This document shows, piece after piece, positions 46,851-61,306 of a stretch of 64,000 nucleotides of DNA. The stretch lies in assembly GCF_009914755.1 (NCBI RefSeq), contig NC_060937.1; one strand, 5' to 3'. The first letter of the stretch is position 1. Each line of letters starts with the position of its first letter. This DNA comes from the human T2T-CHM13v2.0 reference genome, Homo sapiens. The position numbers and the translations under genes are program-made. The notes under the pieces were generated by a model, which had not been told where the DNA came from, made no database searches, and saw only the letters and a list, made by a program, of their open reading frames with translations.

Positions 46851-49800
46851 TGCTGTTGCATTTCTTTTTATCAAACATGATATATGGTGGGTGTCAGGAC
46901 CAGTCTGGGTTTCAATGCTGGCTCAGTCACTTATAATTTGGGCAAGTAAACTCACCGTCTCATCTCCTTTCTTCCTCTTAAACAGGGGCCTGGACTAAGA
47001 TCCCTTCTAGTCCTAATATTTATGAAATGAATATTGAATCATATTTCACAAAGCCACATTATACCTTATTTCAAAAATGCTTAAATTACCAAAAGTGAAA
47101 TCTTCAGTTTTACATGTCTCCAAAGTTATTATGTCTTTTGTGTAGAAAATTGTAGCTGCTAATATCTGATATTGTAGCAGTCACTCTGACAGTCTTATCC
47201 ATCTATCCATTATCCATTTTTAAGTTTTATGTGTTGGAAATATAAACATGAGTCACACAAATTCTATTCTTTGGCAGAAGCAGATTCTGCCAAGTTCTAG
47301 TCACACAAATTCAAAGTCACACAAATTCTAATTCATTGGCAGAAGCAGAGGTAGATCAATTCCTTTCCTCTTTTCCTTTATTCCCCCTCTCCCAATTTGA
47401 GCAGGGGGAGCATTTTGGCCCAGTCCTCACATCCATGAAAAACTTCAAACATTAGACTTCACTTCTCATGTTGAAGTTAAACACACAGTGACAGAAATCA
47501 TTGACAGGATAGAGAAAAAATGATGTCATATAAATTGAATCTTGCATCTTATTACTAACCACACCTCTGTAGCATTATAAATTAATATTTTCAGTACATG
47601 CTATAATTATCTTGTGATTAACAGTCTTGCATTCGTTGTAGGAATGTTAAAAGGATTAATTTTATACATGTAAATATTTGAACTGTACCACGATGTCTGT
47701 TATCCTGGGTTTATACTTGGCTGAGAATAGCAAGGACCCCCAACAAACAGTATCTTAGGGAAGATATATATCTTCCTTCCAACCTTCTGCCACCAGAAGG
47801 CAAGAGGGAGGCAGTCTGGGGTTTGTGTGGCCACAGGAGAGTGTTATGACAGATGCCACATTATTTTCCCTTCCTCCTGGGCTGGACTATGTTTCCTAGA
47901 CTTCTTTGCAGTTAGTGTGGCCGGATGACTGAATTCTGGCCAAAGGAAAGCAGTTGGAAGTGATATATGCAGCTTTTGCTTCTGGTTCATAAAACTTTAC
48001 TGCAGAATTGGTTCATTCCCTCTTTTCATCTCTGCTGGTTGGATGTTCACACCCAGGGTGATCTGAGAAAGCATGTGTTGAAGATGGTAGCACCTCCATC
48101 AGCCTGGGTCCCTGAATCATGACATGGAGCAGAGCAGTTCCTTCCATCCCCTGCTAGTTGAAATTTACATACATCATAAATGATTGCTGTGTGAGAGTTC
48201 AGAGTTTGCTTGTTACTGCAGTTATTGTTAACTTACAAAGACTACATCAGGAGACTAGTCTCTTTCTACGTTGTCTACCTTGGACATGTAGCTTTCATCC
48301 TTATGGTCCTAAGATGACTGCCACATCACCAGCCACCAATAGCTGCATCCCAGCCAGAAAAGAAAGGAGACCAGGAAAGAGCAGAGAGGAGCCCTTTCTG
48401 AGGACTTTTACCTATTTTTTAGTGGCCAGGCTTGTGGCATGTGACTACCTCCAGCTGCAAAGGAGGCAGGGAATTTGAATATTTTGTTTGCCAGTCTCTA
48501 CTGTAGATAGAGGGACATAGTATTGAAAATGAGCAAATAGGCACTAGTCTCTTTTTTGGCATTTCATCTCAAGAACTTTAAAAGCAGCCTCTTTGATCCC
48601 TGAGAGGGCCCCTTTGAGTTTCAGCCACTTCGTGCTCCTGCCTGTGGGTGGAGGTCAATATCTGGCCCCATGCTCAGTCAGGCTGACCCGGGCTGTGGTA
48701 CCTTGGTTGGGCCTGGTCACCTCCCAAGTTACAGCTTTCTTTCTCTTGTCCTTCTGTCTCCACTGTTGTTTCCAGTTCATATAATTTTACTTCTGTTTTT
48801 GGCTTGTTTCTGATTTTATTTCTGCCTCCCACAGCTATACCGCCCTCCGGGAAGACTGGTAGGGATTGCTCCCAACTTGGTACAGGAGCTGGAATCCCAC
48901 CACCCGTGAAGAGGCCTGGCCCTGTTCTCCTAACAGCCTGGACTCCCAGGTGCTACCCACCCTTGGTGACCCAGGGTCGCTGGGCTCAGTGCCCTGCTGG
49001 GGTGCCCATTCTCCCTGCTTACTCGCATGCCCCCATCTCCCAGGACCAGGCCTGGGAATACTCTGTTCGTCAGGACCTTGTCCATTTGGTAGCTGGGCAG
49101 TGTTGGCTGGGACTAATTCTGTGTGTGTATATATGTGTGTGCACGTGTGTGTGTCTGGTGGTTAGGGAAGGCTTGTGGATGCTGGGCTATGAAAGATGGT
49201 CTAGATCTGGGCAAGTGGAGATGAGGGTATGGCCTCCTCTATGATCACCCATAAAACACCAGGTAGGAAGCAAGTGTGACCGACATGTGACTCCACCCAA
49301 AGTCCTTAGGCCCCTTTTCCATTCCTCTTGTTCTACTCCCACCCACTCAACCCCCTACACAAACTTCTGTGTTTTGCTTCCCACAGCTCTGTACCTGGGA
49401 CTCAGCTAGCGTTGCCTCCTCTTACGGAGTCCCAGGAGTGCCTGGGTTTACAGCCCATCTTCCCTCCCACCCTCACCTGGCCCTTCTCCAGTGTCAGGCA
49501 GTGGCTGGGGGGTGTAGGGAGTCTGAAGGCCCAGTGCCCTCGCCCTGGATAAAGACAAACTTCAGAGCTCCCCTCTGTTCCCTCCAAGGTCTGTGTCTGA
49601 AGTCACCCCCTTCTAGGCTTTTCCCTGTCATCTGTCCAGCTTCCTCAGTAAGTCACCTGCACACGAATCGTCATCTCAGGGCCTCTGCGGAACCCCGCCT
49701 GAGACAGCAGAAAAGTGTCTGGGGAGCAGAAATAGCTCATTTGAACTGTGGTCCAGAAAGAGCAGTCAGCTTCGAGTGCCAGGCAAGGCTGGGTCGCACT

Positions 49801-51329
49801 CTGTTCTGTAGGAAGGGGATGTCAGCAGCAGCTCCTGAACTGCGAATCAGCCTACAGGAGGGGGGTTAATCTATACATTAGCATGGGGGAAACTTGGAGG
49901 CAATAAGGTGGCTGGAAGGCTATTTTAATAATCCTGAGTTCTCAAAAGCTTAAAATCAGTTTTTAGGGTGTGGCAGCTGGAGGGTGAGGAATGGGGCGCA
50001 CAGGAGGGGGACTTCGGAGGCTGTATTGGCCAGGGGGCACGAGAGAAGGCACCCACACTGATGCCCTGGAGTGGGGAGAGAGGGGGTGCCATCTGAAACA
50101 GAGAGAAGGGCTGGTCTAGAAAGGGAGAGGGGAAATTCCGTCTCTCATCCCTGTCTGCCACTCTGAAATCATACCCTTTCACTCTGCATTAATATTTCTT
50201 TCTCTCGCATTCTTCTTGATTTATCTTCCAGGAGCAGACCCTCCTTTCCAAGTCATCATCTGGCATAATTCTTAGATCACTATGGCTTAATTGGTGTTTG
50301 ATCATTTTTAGTCTCAGCTCTTCAACATCAAGGGAGAATTTACAGGGGAACGAAAAAGATCTCATTGCGATGACGCCCAGTGTCACAGAGCTGGGTGTGT
50401 TAAGTCTTCTTTTACAGCTTTTTGAATGCCATGGCCTTGCATTTAGATAACACCTAATGCCAACAAAGCAGTGAGCTGTGAGGATTGAGCTGTGTAACGG
50501 TAGCATTTAACAGTAGGGCTGAGTTTATTGTACATTTTAAAAATTAACTCTGTCCTTCATGATCCTAAGATGTACTGATGATTCTATAGAAGCAGAATGG
50601 GTGAACTCTCAGTCCTAGAAATTCTGAATGATGAAGACACAATATAACCTGCGAATCACTTAGATCATTTTTCTTACAGACACAATACTTAGCTTTATTT
50701 GACAGTGTTTTCTAAGATTGTATTTTGCTTTAGATAATGAGCCATTGTACTAAGAATGGAGAAATGCTCCAAGGCGCTTGCTTTTAATTTAAACACAAGT
50801 TCAATGCACCATCCCAGAGTGGAGATTGCTATCATCATTAGCGCATCTCGCATCTCGGGCTATATTGCTTTCCAAATTTATATGTTCTTTGTGTTAGATG
50901 ATGGTGCTGTACCCTTTCAGCAGCTCTCAGTGGGTATCCCAAGGAAAAGTATGTTCTTATTAAACAAGGACCAAACTGCTAAGGGAATGCTGCCTTAATT
51001 AGTTTAATCATTACAAATTGATTGAGACCCCACCCACATTTTTGAATGCCTACTATGTGCGGGGCACAGTGCTAACTGCTAAGCACTGGGGACACACAGA
51101 GGCACCTATAAAATGTGTCCCCTGCTGCAGAGGGACTTGTAGGCTAGTTGGCATTACAGACGTAGGAAACGGATTATTATGGTGCAGTCTGGTATGGTAC
51201 ACAGGGCTCAGCAGGCTTCAGGGAGGAGGCGAACACCCCTGGAGCGCCTGCAGAGCCATTCCAGTTCTCCCTAGCTTCCCTGCATGTTTCAACTGGATTC
51301 GGCACTCCTTGCATCTGCTGCTTTAAAAC

Positions 51330-52420
51330 AAGAGAAGATTCCTCAAAAAGTTGAATGCAAAATTACTACGTGACCCTGCCATTCCACTTCTGGGTATATA
51401 CCCAAGAGAACTGAAAACATGTGTCTACACAAAAGCATTTATACCCACGTACATAATAGCAGTATTCACAACAGACAAAGGGTGGAAACCGACAAAATGT
51501 CCCTCTATTACAGGAAAGAGTCCTGATCCAGACCACTAGAGAAGGTTCTTGGATCTTGTGCAAGAAAGAATTCAGGGCAAGTCCATAGAGTAAAGTGAAA
51601 GCAAGTTTATTAAGAAAGAAGAACGAAAGAATGGCTACTCCATAGACAGAACAGCCCCGAGGGCTGCTGGTTGCCCATTTTTATGGTTGTTTCTTGATGA
51701 TATGCTAAACAAGGGGTGGATTATTCATGCCTCCCCTTTTTAGACCATATAGGGTAACTTCCTGTCGCTGCCGTGGCATTTGTAAACTGTCATGGTGCTG
51801 GTGGGAGTGTAGTAGTGAGGACGACCAGAGGTCACTCTCATGGCCATCTTGGTTTTGGTGGGTTTTAACCGACTTCTTTACTGAAAACTGTTTTATCAGC
51901 AAGGTTTTTATGACCTGTATCTTGTGCTGACCTCCTATCTCACCTGGAGACTTAGAATGCCTTAATCATCTGGGAATGCAGCCCAGTAGGTTTCAGCCTT
52001 ATTTTACCCAGCTCCTGTTCAAGATGGGGGTGCTGTGGCTCAAATGCCTCTGACACATCAACAGATAACCTAAATGAAACAAAATACTGATACGTGCTAC
52101 CACATGGATGAACTTTGACACTATTATGTGAAGTGAAATTAGCCAAATACAAAAGGTCACATACTGTATAATCCATTTACATAAAAAATCCAGAATAGGT
52201 AAATACATAGAGACAGCAGATTAGTTTTGTCAGGGGCTAATGGGGCGAGGGAATGGAGATTAACTGCTTAATAGGTATGTCATTTCCTTTTGGGGTGATG
52301 GAAAATGCATTGGAATTAAATAGAGGTGACCATTGTATAACATTGTGTATGCAGTAAATGCCACTGAATTGTATATTTCCAAATGGTTAATGTTATATAT
52401 GAGAATTTTACCTCGATTAG
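51330..52420 (+). mobile_element. L1MB-like 3' fragment split by MER41
   Basis: [16 protein letters not shown] peptide. 3'UTR continues after 52055. Confidence 0.75.
51506..52055 (-). mobile_element. MER41A-type ERV1 solo LTR
   Basis: Minus strand begins TGTCAGAGGC, 550 bp. AGGGGAGG joins directly to CATGAATAATCC (A-type deletion). Confidence 0.82.
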
Positions 52421-52781
52421 AGAGGAGAGGACTACTTATTTGGGTGTTCAGACCAAAGCTGAAGGGATACCAATGATAATATATTCTTAATTCTCTTACC
52501 TGGGAGAGAAGGCCCTCTTCAAATCTCTTCAGTCTGTGGTATGTCTTTAGCCAAAATATACTAGGAAAATATTGGTTCGATACAAATGCATCTTGTTTTT
52601 AAGCCAACTTGGGAAAGGTAGACACAGCTCAGTTTCATAACAACAATAAAAAATACAGAGTGACAAACCCTATCAGGTGGTATTCAACAGCTCATGGGCT
52701 GTTGCCTTAATTTAGACAGAAGGCAGGCAAGGGAAGTTGCAGGAAAATAAAAAAATTAAGGACAAATTATTCATACGTGGA

Positions 52782-52953
52782 TGATATGGTTTGGCTCTGT
52801 GTCCCTACCCAAATCTCATCTTGAAATGTAATCCCCACATGTCCAGAGAAGGACCTGGTGGGAGGTGATTGGGTCATGGGGCCAGTTTCCCCTATACTGT
52901 TCTTGTGGTAGTGAGTTCTCACGAGATCTCATGGTTTAAAACTGTCAGTTTCC

Positions 52954-52995
<42 letters not shown>

Positions 52996-53181
52996 TCTCT
53001 CTCCCTCTCCCTCCTGCTGCCATGTAAAACGTGCCTTGCTTCCCCTTCGCCTTCTGTCACGATCGTAAGCTTCCTGAGGCCTCCCCAGCCATGTGGAACT
53101 GTGAGTCAATGAAATCTCTTTCTTTCTAAATTACCCAGTCTCAGGTATATCTTTATAGTAATGTGAGAGTGGACTAATACA
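52782..53181 (+). mobile_element. MST solo LTR with internal (CT)n
   Basis: TSD GTGGA at 52777-52781 and 53182-53186, (CT)n at about 52958-53010. Confidence 0.88.
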
Positions 53182-53465
53182 GTGGAGTTAGCAGTATTGT
53201 TAGCAGTGGCGGCAAGCTTTGCTTAAAATGGAAGACCGTACAGTGCTATCTGTTAGTATTTTGTGCTAAAGGGAAAAACAAGCCTAGTGACTGTACTAGG
53301 GAAAATGAAACGTATTCAGTTTACCTCCACAAACGTGTATGTGAAATTGATTCAGCTCAATTTTCAAAATATGTTTGTCTTAGACCCTGTACATTGGCAA
53401 TACAAATACAAAGATCTGGCTCTTGTCCTCAAGGATCTTACAGCCTTCAGTAGAAATAGCCAACT

Positions 53466-54032
53466 GTAGTAGATGAGAGACTGAATATACACATAGACAG
53501 TGGCCAGACCGTATATAAAAATACAACTCTGACCCCAAATCTGCAGCAACTACCTCAGAAAATCAACCCATTATATACAGTAACCAGCCCAGGAAGCCAT
53601 CTGCTGCCTTTAAAAGCCAGACTTACAGGAAGTCAGGCTACTATCTCTAGCAACTGGTCTAAGAAGCCAAACAATAACCCTTCTAGTAGTCGGCCCCAAA
53701 TGAACAGGACTTGATTAATAACTGACACCTTCCCTAATTTTTGTGCCTGCTTCCAATTTAAGACCAACCACAGAAAGCCAACTATGGCCCTAACCAATCA
53801 GATAGGCTTCAATGCTCCTAGTTGGCCACCGTGGGCTTCCCCAGGCCAACAGCCTCCAATCAGGGCACACCTGAAGCCATCCCTTGTGTGCTCTGTAAAG
53901 TTCTCCTACTCCCCTGCCTGCCTTTGAGTCCCTGCCAAACAAAAGTGATGGTGGCCAACTCCCTTGATGGAGCAAGCTCTGAATAAGTAGCCTTTGCTTT
54001 TCTTGTGTGGGTTGTGTTCATTTATTTCTACA
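53466..54032 (+). mobile_element. ERV solo LTR (MER90-like, family uncertain)
   Basis: TG...CA ends, ctaaccaatca CCAAT region, ctctgaataag poly(A)-like signal. Confidence 0.55.
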
Positions 54033-55292
54033 TAGAGAAGGCAGAATAAAAGAAGTGCTAAAAACACCTACAAATTTCATACTGTGTGGGAACAAAGGGA
54101 AGAGTAATTCCTTCTGTCCCAGGAGGCTGGGAAGGCAACCTTGCAGCAAGTTGCTGAAAAACACCATGGTGCATTCCTAAAGAGCCTCCTTTTAAATTCT
54201 GATACACTAGTGCTAAAATAACTTGTGGACTGTTTTTCAGAAGGGAGACATGTTGTCCCACCTCCAAAGGGAGAAATTAGTCCTCTGAGGCCGCCGATGC
54301 TAAGGCTGCTGGTGGCTAAGGTTAGCCTCCCGCCAGCTCAGGGTTCTAAGAAAGACTTGCATCACTGACTCTGGCAGGGCTCACGTATACTTCAGGATTT
54401 CTCTGCTGGACATGAGCATAATTGTCCATAAATACATGAGAAAGGCTATGTATTTTCATTGCTATTGGCTAAATAGGCTGTTGAGATATTTATGGGCTTT
54501 CGGCCCAATTTTCTCCCTTTATCCACCTCCTTCAAGCAGATAGACCCGAGATTCTTTGCCCCCAGGAAGGCTTGAGGCTGCCTGACTTGATTCTAAACCC
54601 ACTGAGGAGATAAGGCTGTAGGTCCCTGAGAGGCACTTCAATGATGAGGTGTCCTGCTTGGAGATCTGATACCGCAGAGGGGCAGGAGGGAGAGGTACGT
54701 GAATCAAGAGCAGGAAGTCTGAGGGTCTTAGAGGAGAGGGAGTCTTGGTCATGGCTTCCTGGAAGCACATGGAGATGCTGACGGACCCAGGGGAGAATCC
54801 AAGAATCCAAAGGCCGTCCAGCTCATTTAGGGAGATGGAGTCTCATGGCAGCAATGGGGCCCAGCTGGGGCCATGCAGGGGGAAGAGGATGTCTCAGCAA
54901 TTAGCAAACTGATGCGAGTCCAGGGGGCATGTCACAGACCTGCAGCAGTGCACACAGACCTCCATAATCGTGCGAGAGCTTCAGGGAGACATCCGGAAAC
55001 TCTGAAAGTCATTGAGGTTAGATTTTCTACCAGCCTGGTATTATTAGCACTGGGATCAGAAATCAAATTAATTTATATAAATAAAGAGATGTGCTGTTTC
55101 CTGAGTTTGTGAACTATGATTCATGTATGAACTTGATGCTTATGAAGTTAACAAAAAAGGGTCATAGAATAAATTAATACAAATGATCTCACGTGTGTAT
55201 GCATAATTTCAGGGTGGGCTGTATGTACGGAAACACTCATGGTGTGGGGAGGCTGGAGGACCAAGTAGGGGAGATAGATGAATTATCTGGCC

Positions 55293-55309
55293 GCCCACTA
55301 GATGGCGTT
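55293..55309 (+). promoter_or_regulatory. Candidate CTCF site
   Basis: CCACTAGATGGCG at 55295-55307 closely matches the CTCF core consensus. Confidence 0.5.
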
Positions 55310-56214
55310 AAGGAGCATGTTGTTTTACCTCTGTGGGCAGATTTCTTTGCCCTTCCTCTCTCTTTTCCTTACTACAGATTTTGCAGCGATTCTTTATGTC
55401 AGTATTCTATGTTTGTGAATTAGTAAGAACTTAGACTCCCTTAGGAAAATGCATTGAGTAGGAGTTGAAAGCTGAGTAGAAATGATGAGGAGGTTGGGAA
55501 ATATTAAATCTTTCGTATATAAATTCTTGGTGCTGTTTATATTTCTGGCTTTAGAAAAAAGAGAGCTAGAACATATTTCTTTTCAGGGAGAAATGTTTTT
55601 AAACAAGCAATATTTGGGAGAACACATAACCAACATCTACAAATTACAAAAATGTGATTTGATCAGAAATATTTACAGGATTTCTAACAGAAAAACTAAC
55701 TGGTCTTGATTTGTGGCTTAGAGAGGCAGCCTGCAGCTTCATAGCCTCCTATGGTTCCTGCTCTCCTGCCGCTGGCTTTGGCAAAGAGAGTCTCTTTGGT
55801 GGCAGCAGTCGGGGGAGAATGGAGGAGGGGGGATGATTCTGGCCATTGTTGGTACTGGATTCTGGGAGCAGGGCATGGCAGAGGCCAGTACTCTTGGAAG
55901 GAGGCTATTGATGGATGGCAGTCAGTTCCTAGAGCGCTGTGCAATTACAGTGTAACACCAGCCTGTGGCAGGCTCCTGGAGAGGAAGCCAACTGCCTCCC
56001 TTCTGGCCAAAAACCAGCTTCTGAGATATGGGTGCTCAGGTGGGAAGGAGACCTGGGCCCCTGGCAGGACGATGCTTCACAGTAAAGAACGAAGGCTGGA
56101 GGCCGATTCCGTGGTTTAGTTCCAGCATAAGGTGTACCTGGGTGCAGAGGGCTTGCCCCAGCCCGGGCACCAGAGATGACAGATCTGCTTGGCAACAAGG
56201 GAATCCTGGGAGGG

Positions 56215-56800
56215 AGGCGGAGTAGACAGAATTGCCCCCCAAAGATGTCCGCATTCTAATTCCTGGAGCCTGTGGATATGTTTCATTACATGGCAAAAGG
56301 GATTTTACAGATGCGATTGACATTACTATTAATAGTCGGTTGGCATGAAGATAGCGAGATTGTCCTGGGTCATGGGGGGTTGGAGGATACCAATGTGGTC
56401 ACATGAGCCCTTCAAGCAGAGAATCCTAGGAGAGGGCAATAGGATACTCAAGTATGAGGCTGATACCACGTGCCAGTGCTGGTTTAAAGAGAGAGGGGGT
56501 AATGTGCCCAGGAATGCAGGTGACCTTAGGCAGCTGACAGAGGCTCCTGAAAATGGGCACCTCAGTCCTACAGCTGGGAGACACTGAATTCTGCCAATAA
56601 CCTCGATAAGCTTAGAAGCAGGTTCTCCCAGAGTCTCCAGAGAAGAGCCCACGCAGGCCAACACCTTAATTTTGGCCTTGCAAGACCCAGAGCAGAGAAA
56701 TAGCTGAGCCCACTCAGAATTCTGACCTACAGAGCTGAGAACTAATATCTTTCTGTTATTTTAAGCCACTGAGATTGTTGTTGTTTGTTCTAGCAGCAAG
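56215..56800 (+). mobile_element. MLT1D/E-like LTR
   Basis: cccaaagatgtcc, ttacatggcaaaagggatttt and ttttaagccact motifs. Confidence 0.75.
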
Positions 56801-57093
56801 AGGAGAGGAATATAGGACTGGAGGCTGGGGGTGGGGAGACTGGGGCCAGGGCCTGAGGTCATACCTAATTCCAGGTTGTTCTTCATGGTGGGGGAGAAGG
56901 TGAGGGTGACATGAGTTGGGGGGTAGGGATATCAGTAGGCTCAGTGCCAGAGGGGAGACACCAGAAAAGAGCAGGAGAGGACAGTAACTCAAGATGGTGG
57001 AACTCTTTGCTGGCTTAGAACTTCCTCTAGCTCACTGCTCTGATCCTGGTGGGTGGCAGGATCATAATGGTAGCATTTTATGGAAATAGCATT

Positions 57094-57498
57094 TGCTATA
57101 GTTTGGATGTTTGGATCAAACCTCATGTTGAAGTTTGATCCCCAATGTTGGAGGTGGCGCCTTGTGAGATGTGTCTGGTTATGGAGGTGGATCCCTTATG
57201 AATCAATGAATGCCTTCCTTTAAGGGTGAGTGAGCGTTCCCTTTTAGGCCCATGAGAATCAGTTGTTAAAATGAGCCTGACACCTCCCTCTGCTGTCTCT
57301 TGCTTCCTCTCTCACCCTGTGATCTCTGCACATGTGGCCTCCCCTTCACCTTCCATTATAAGTGGAAGCAGCCTGAGGCCCTTGCCAGAAGCAGACGCTG
57401 GTGCCATGCTTCCTGTACAGCCTGCAGAGCCATGAGCCAACCTCTTTATAAGTTACTTAGCCTCAGATATTACTTTATAACAACACAGACTAAGACAG
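57094..57498 (+). mobile_element. MST (C/D-like) LTR
   Basis: tgctatagtttgg...cagactaagaca with flanking gcatt repeats. Confidence 0.78.
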
Positions 57499-59405
57499 CA
57501 TTTGTCCTTGATGGCAAAGCAATCAGCTCCACTTTTGGTCTTTCTTCATTCTTAGGCTTATTTGTTCCAGGTGTAAATCTCTTAAAATTAGCTAACACTC
57601 TTCCAGGAAATCACATTGTGAAACAAACATCAGGTGGAGAAGAAGGGTTCATTTGGCCAACATGTACTTTCTTTGATACAGCATTTTGGAAAATGGGAGA
57701 TGTCTCTTCTACATTGCTTGCAAAAACCGTGCTGGGAAACCATCAGAAAAATAAATTTTCCCAAGAACAGAGCATTAAGGTTTATATTGTTTTTTACCTG
57801 AAAGCCTAAAACCAGCTTCCATTTATTTCTTGTGAATATGTCACTTTGAAATATTTAAGATCGAAAGGTTTGGCTTGTTTTTGTAGTGGCCGCTGGATGG
57901 AAAACCGACTAAAGCATGTTAAGACTGACTGGGGATGCAATGTGCCAAATTGCAAATACAGCTATCTCTACTTTCTGAGTGACTGTTTATAATACAACTG
58001 GAATTGCAGGTTCTTCTACCTCAGAGGTTGAATAAATGACTGTGTTCCCCAAGCAATTCTTGTGTCTTTTTTTCAGCCATTTCTGCACAGAATGACGGTT
58101 GTGACCTCCCAAGAGCTAATGTGTTAATTACTATGGGAAATTGCTGTGGGGTCCCCAACAGGGTTGTCTGTAGAATATTAAACTCTCAGTTTTCCAGAAG
58201 AGGCATTTCTTCCTTCGCAGTTTTGAACCATCTTCAGGACAGGAGATAACCGTATTCAAGGTTTTCTCAGTGTTCAATCTATATTGTTTCTGAATGGAGG
58301 AAATTTCTTGTACAGAGTGGTCGGGGAGATGGTCACTCTACAATTCATCAAGAGCTTAGCTGCCAAAAAATATCACCTTTGACGATCTCCAGCCTATCCT
58401 GAAAATTTCACCCTTTAAGTTTTATTTGTTTGTATACGTATTTTATATTTATACCATATCTATTTCCAAAGATGATTTGAGGAGCTATATACCATCAAGC
58501 CAGTTAAACAAGAGCCAAAAGCCAAAGCCTTATAATAAAACAAAAAAGAGATTTTTTCATCAGAAAATTTAGGCTGAGGAAAAATATGAAGTCCAAGAAA
58601 AAAATGAACTAAGATCTTTCTGGAGGCAACTGAAAAGGAGTTCATAACCAAAAGAAAGGAGGGGTTACAGACATCGAGTGTGTAACAGTAAGACAGCACT
58701 AATTCGTCATAGAAGGACAGGAATTTCCACCAGCAGAGCCCCTTAAGAAGGTTATCTGGGAGCGTGCGGAGGGCCCAAGCAATGTGCTGCAGCCCTGCCT
58801 CTTGGGTGCCTTTGCCTGCTAGTTACACTGGCTGGGGGAGGTGGGGAGAGCCCTGGCCACAGGGAGGTGCTCTCAGTGGAGGGGGCATGGCAAGTGTGGC
58901 AGCTGGGTGTCAACGTGGGGAGACCCAGGGGAACCCCACAGGCACATGAGAAGTGTAAGAAATGTTAGTTTCTTTTTTTCCCTCTCTGTTGATGTCCTCT
59001 TTAATTCAAGGCTTTGTATATGCGTGTTTAAACATTTCCAGGCAAAAATATGTTGGGGCTAAAACATTATTTCGTGGGGAGTGATTGGGAAAGTATGATA
59101 TCAATTTTTTGAACTATTTTGAGCTTTGTGTGGCCTATAATAGGGCTATTTTTTCAAGATATGAAGTGGGTATTTGAAAAAAATGCATATTCTCTGCTTT
59201 CGGAAACAGAAAACGTTAGTTGTTTAGTCTTGTTAATTGTGTACATAAACTCCTATGGATTTTTGTTTGCTTATTTTTGGTCTGCTTGAAGAATATATTT
59301 CAAAAGAGGCATGTTAAGACTGCTTTCTTCAAAAATTTTTGCTTTAAAAGATTTTTTCAAAAATTTACACCACCTCCCCATTGTACATTTTTAAGTTGGC
59401 ATTTA

Positions 59406-59739
<334 letters not shown>

Positions 59740-60042
59740 CTGTAAGTTTAAATGGTTCAAAAGAATGTAATGTTTGAATAATATTAATAGTAAATATAAT
59801 ATGTTTCAATTTCTAAATTTTGGATGCTGTGTAGCGAGAGTTCAGATAATGAGGGATTTACCCAAACTCTGAGTCTATTTGGTTCCTGAATTCACAAGGT
59901 ATGAATTTGGATGGAGATGGGGGTATCTATATTGAGATTAAAAAAATTATTAGGGTTTATTTTCTTCTCTAGAGATTTGCAGATAGATGGTTGGTTACCT
60001 AAATTCAGCGGCTCAAGAATGTCAGAAGACTCCCAAGCTGCC

Positions 60043-60400
60043 TGATATGGTTTGGCTGTGTCTCCACCCAAATCTCATCTTGAATTGTAGTTCCCATAAT
60101 TCTCTTGTGTTGTGGGAGGGACCTGGTGGGAGATAATTGAATCATGGGAGCGGTTTCTCTCTACTGTTCTCATGGTAGTGAATAAGTCTCACGAGATCTC
60201 ATGGTTTTATAAGGGGAAACCCCTTTTGCTGGGCTGTCATTCTCTTCTCTTGTCTGCTGCCATGTGAGATGTGCCTTTTGCCTTCAGCCATGATTGTGAG
60301 GCCTCCCCAGCCACGTGGAACTCCATTAAACCGCTTTTTCCTTATAAATTACCCAGTCTCGGGTATGTCTTTGTCATCAGCATGAAAATGGACTAATACC
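60043..60400 (+). mobile_element. THE1 solo LTR
   Basis: TGATATGGTTTGGCTGTG...GACTAATAC with TSD CTGCC. Confidence 0.88.
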
Positions 60401-60856
60401 CTGCCTTTCAGCAATTCTGTACTATTTTATACCCTGACCAAAATCATATGCATGCCTCTTTCCCTATTCTCATTGTCAACAGTGTATGTTATAAACCTTT
60501 AGAAAGTTTTCCAATTTGAGTGAAAGAGTTATATGTTGTATTCATTTGCATTTCCCTGGTTAGCAGTGAAACTGCATGTCGTTTCATGTTTGTTTGGCTA
60601 TTTAATGTATGGCACCCTCTTTGAATTGCCTTCTTGTCAATTTTGTCCAGTTTTCTATAAAGCAGTTAAAGTACAACTGTCAGAGCGAGAAAAATATCTG
60701 AAAGATAAATAACACTGTACAAATATCCATAATGCATAAAGGCTATATTGACATCTTAAATAATGATGTTATTATATTATAACTCACATACAGAAAAGTG
60801 AATAAAGCATAAGTGTACGGTTCATGAATTTCTACAAATTGAGCACACCTGTATAA

Positions 60857-61279
<423 letters not shown>

Positions 61280-61306
61280 TAGTTTGCTTATTTTTGAATT
61301 TTATCT

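Noticed and set aside
48804-50506. ORFs of 100-166 aa in unique GC-moderate DNA
   Set aside because: Mostly non-ATG starts, no domain similarity or exon structure I can support. The region may be regulatory, but that cannot be shown from sequence alone.
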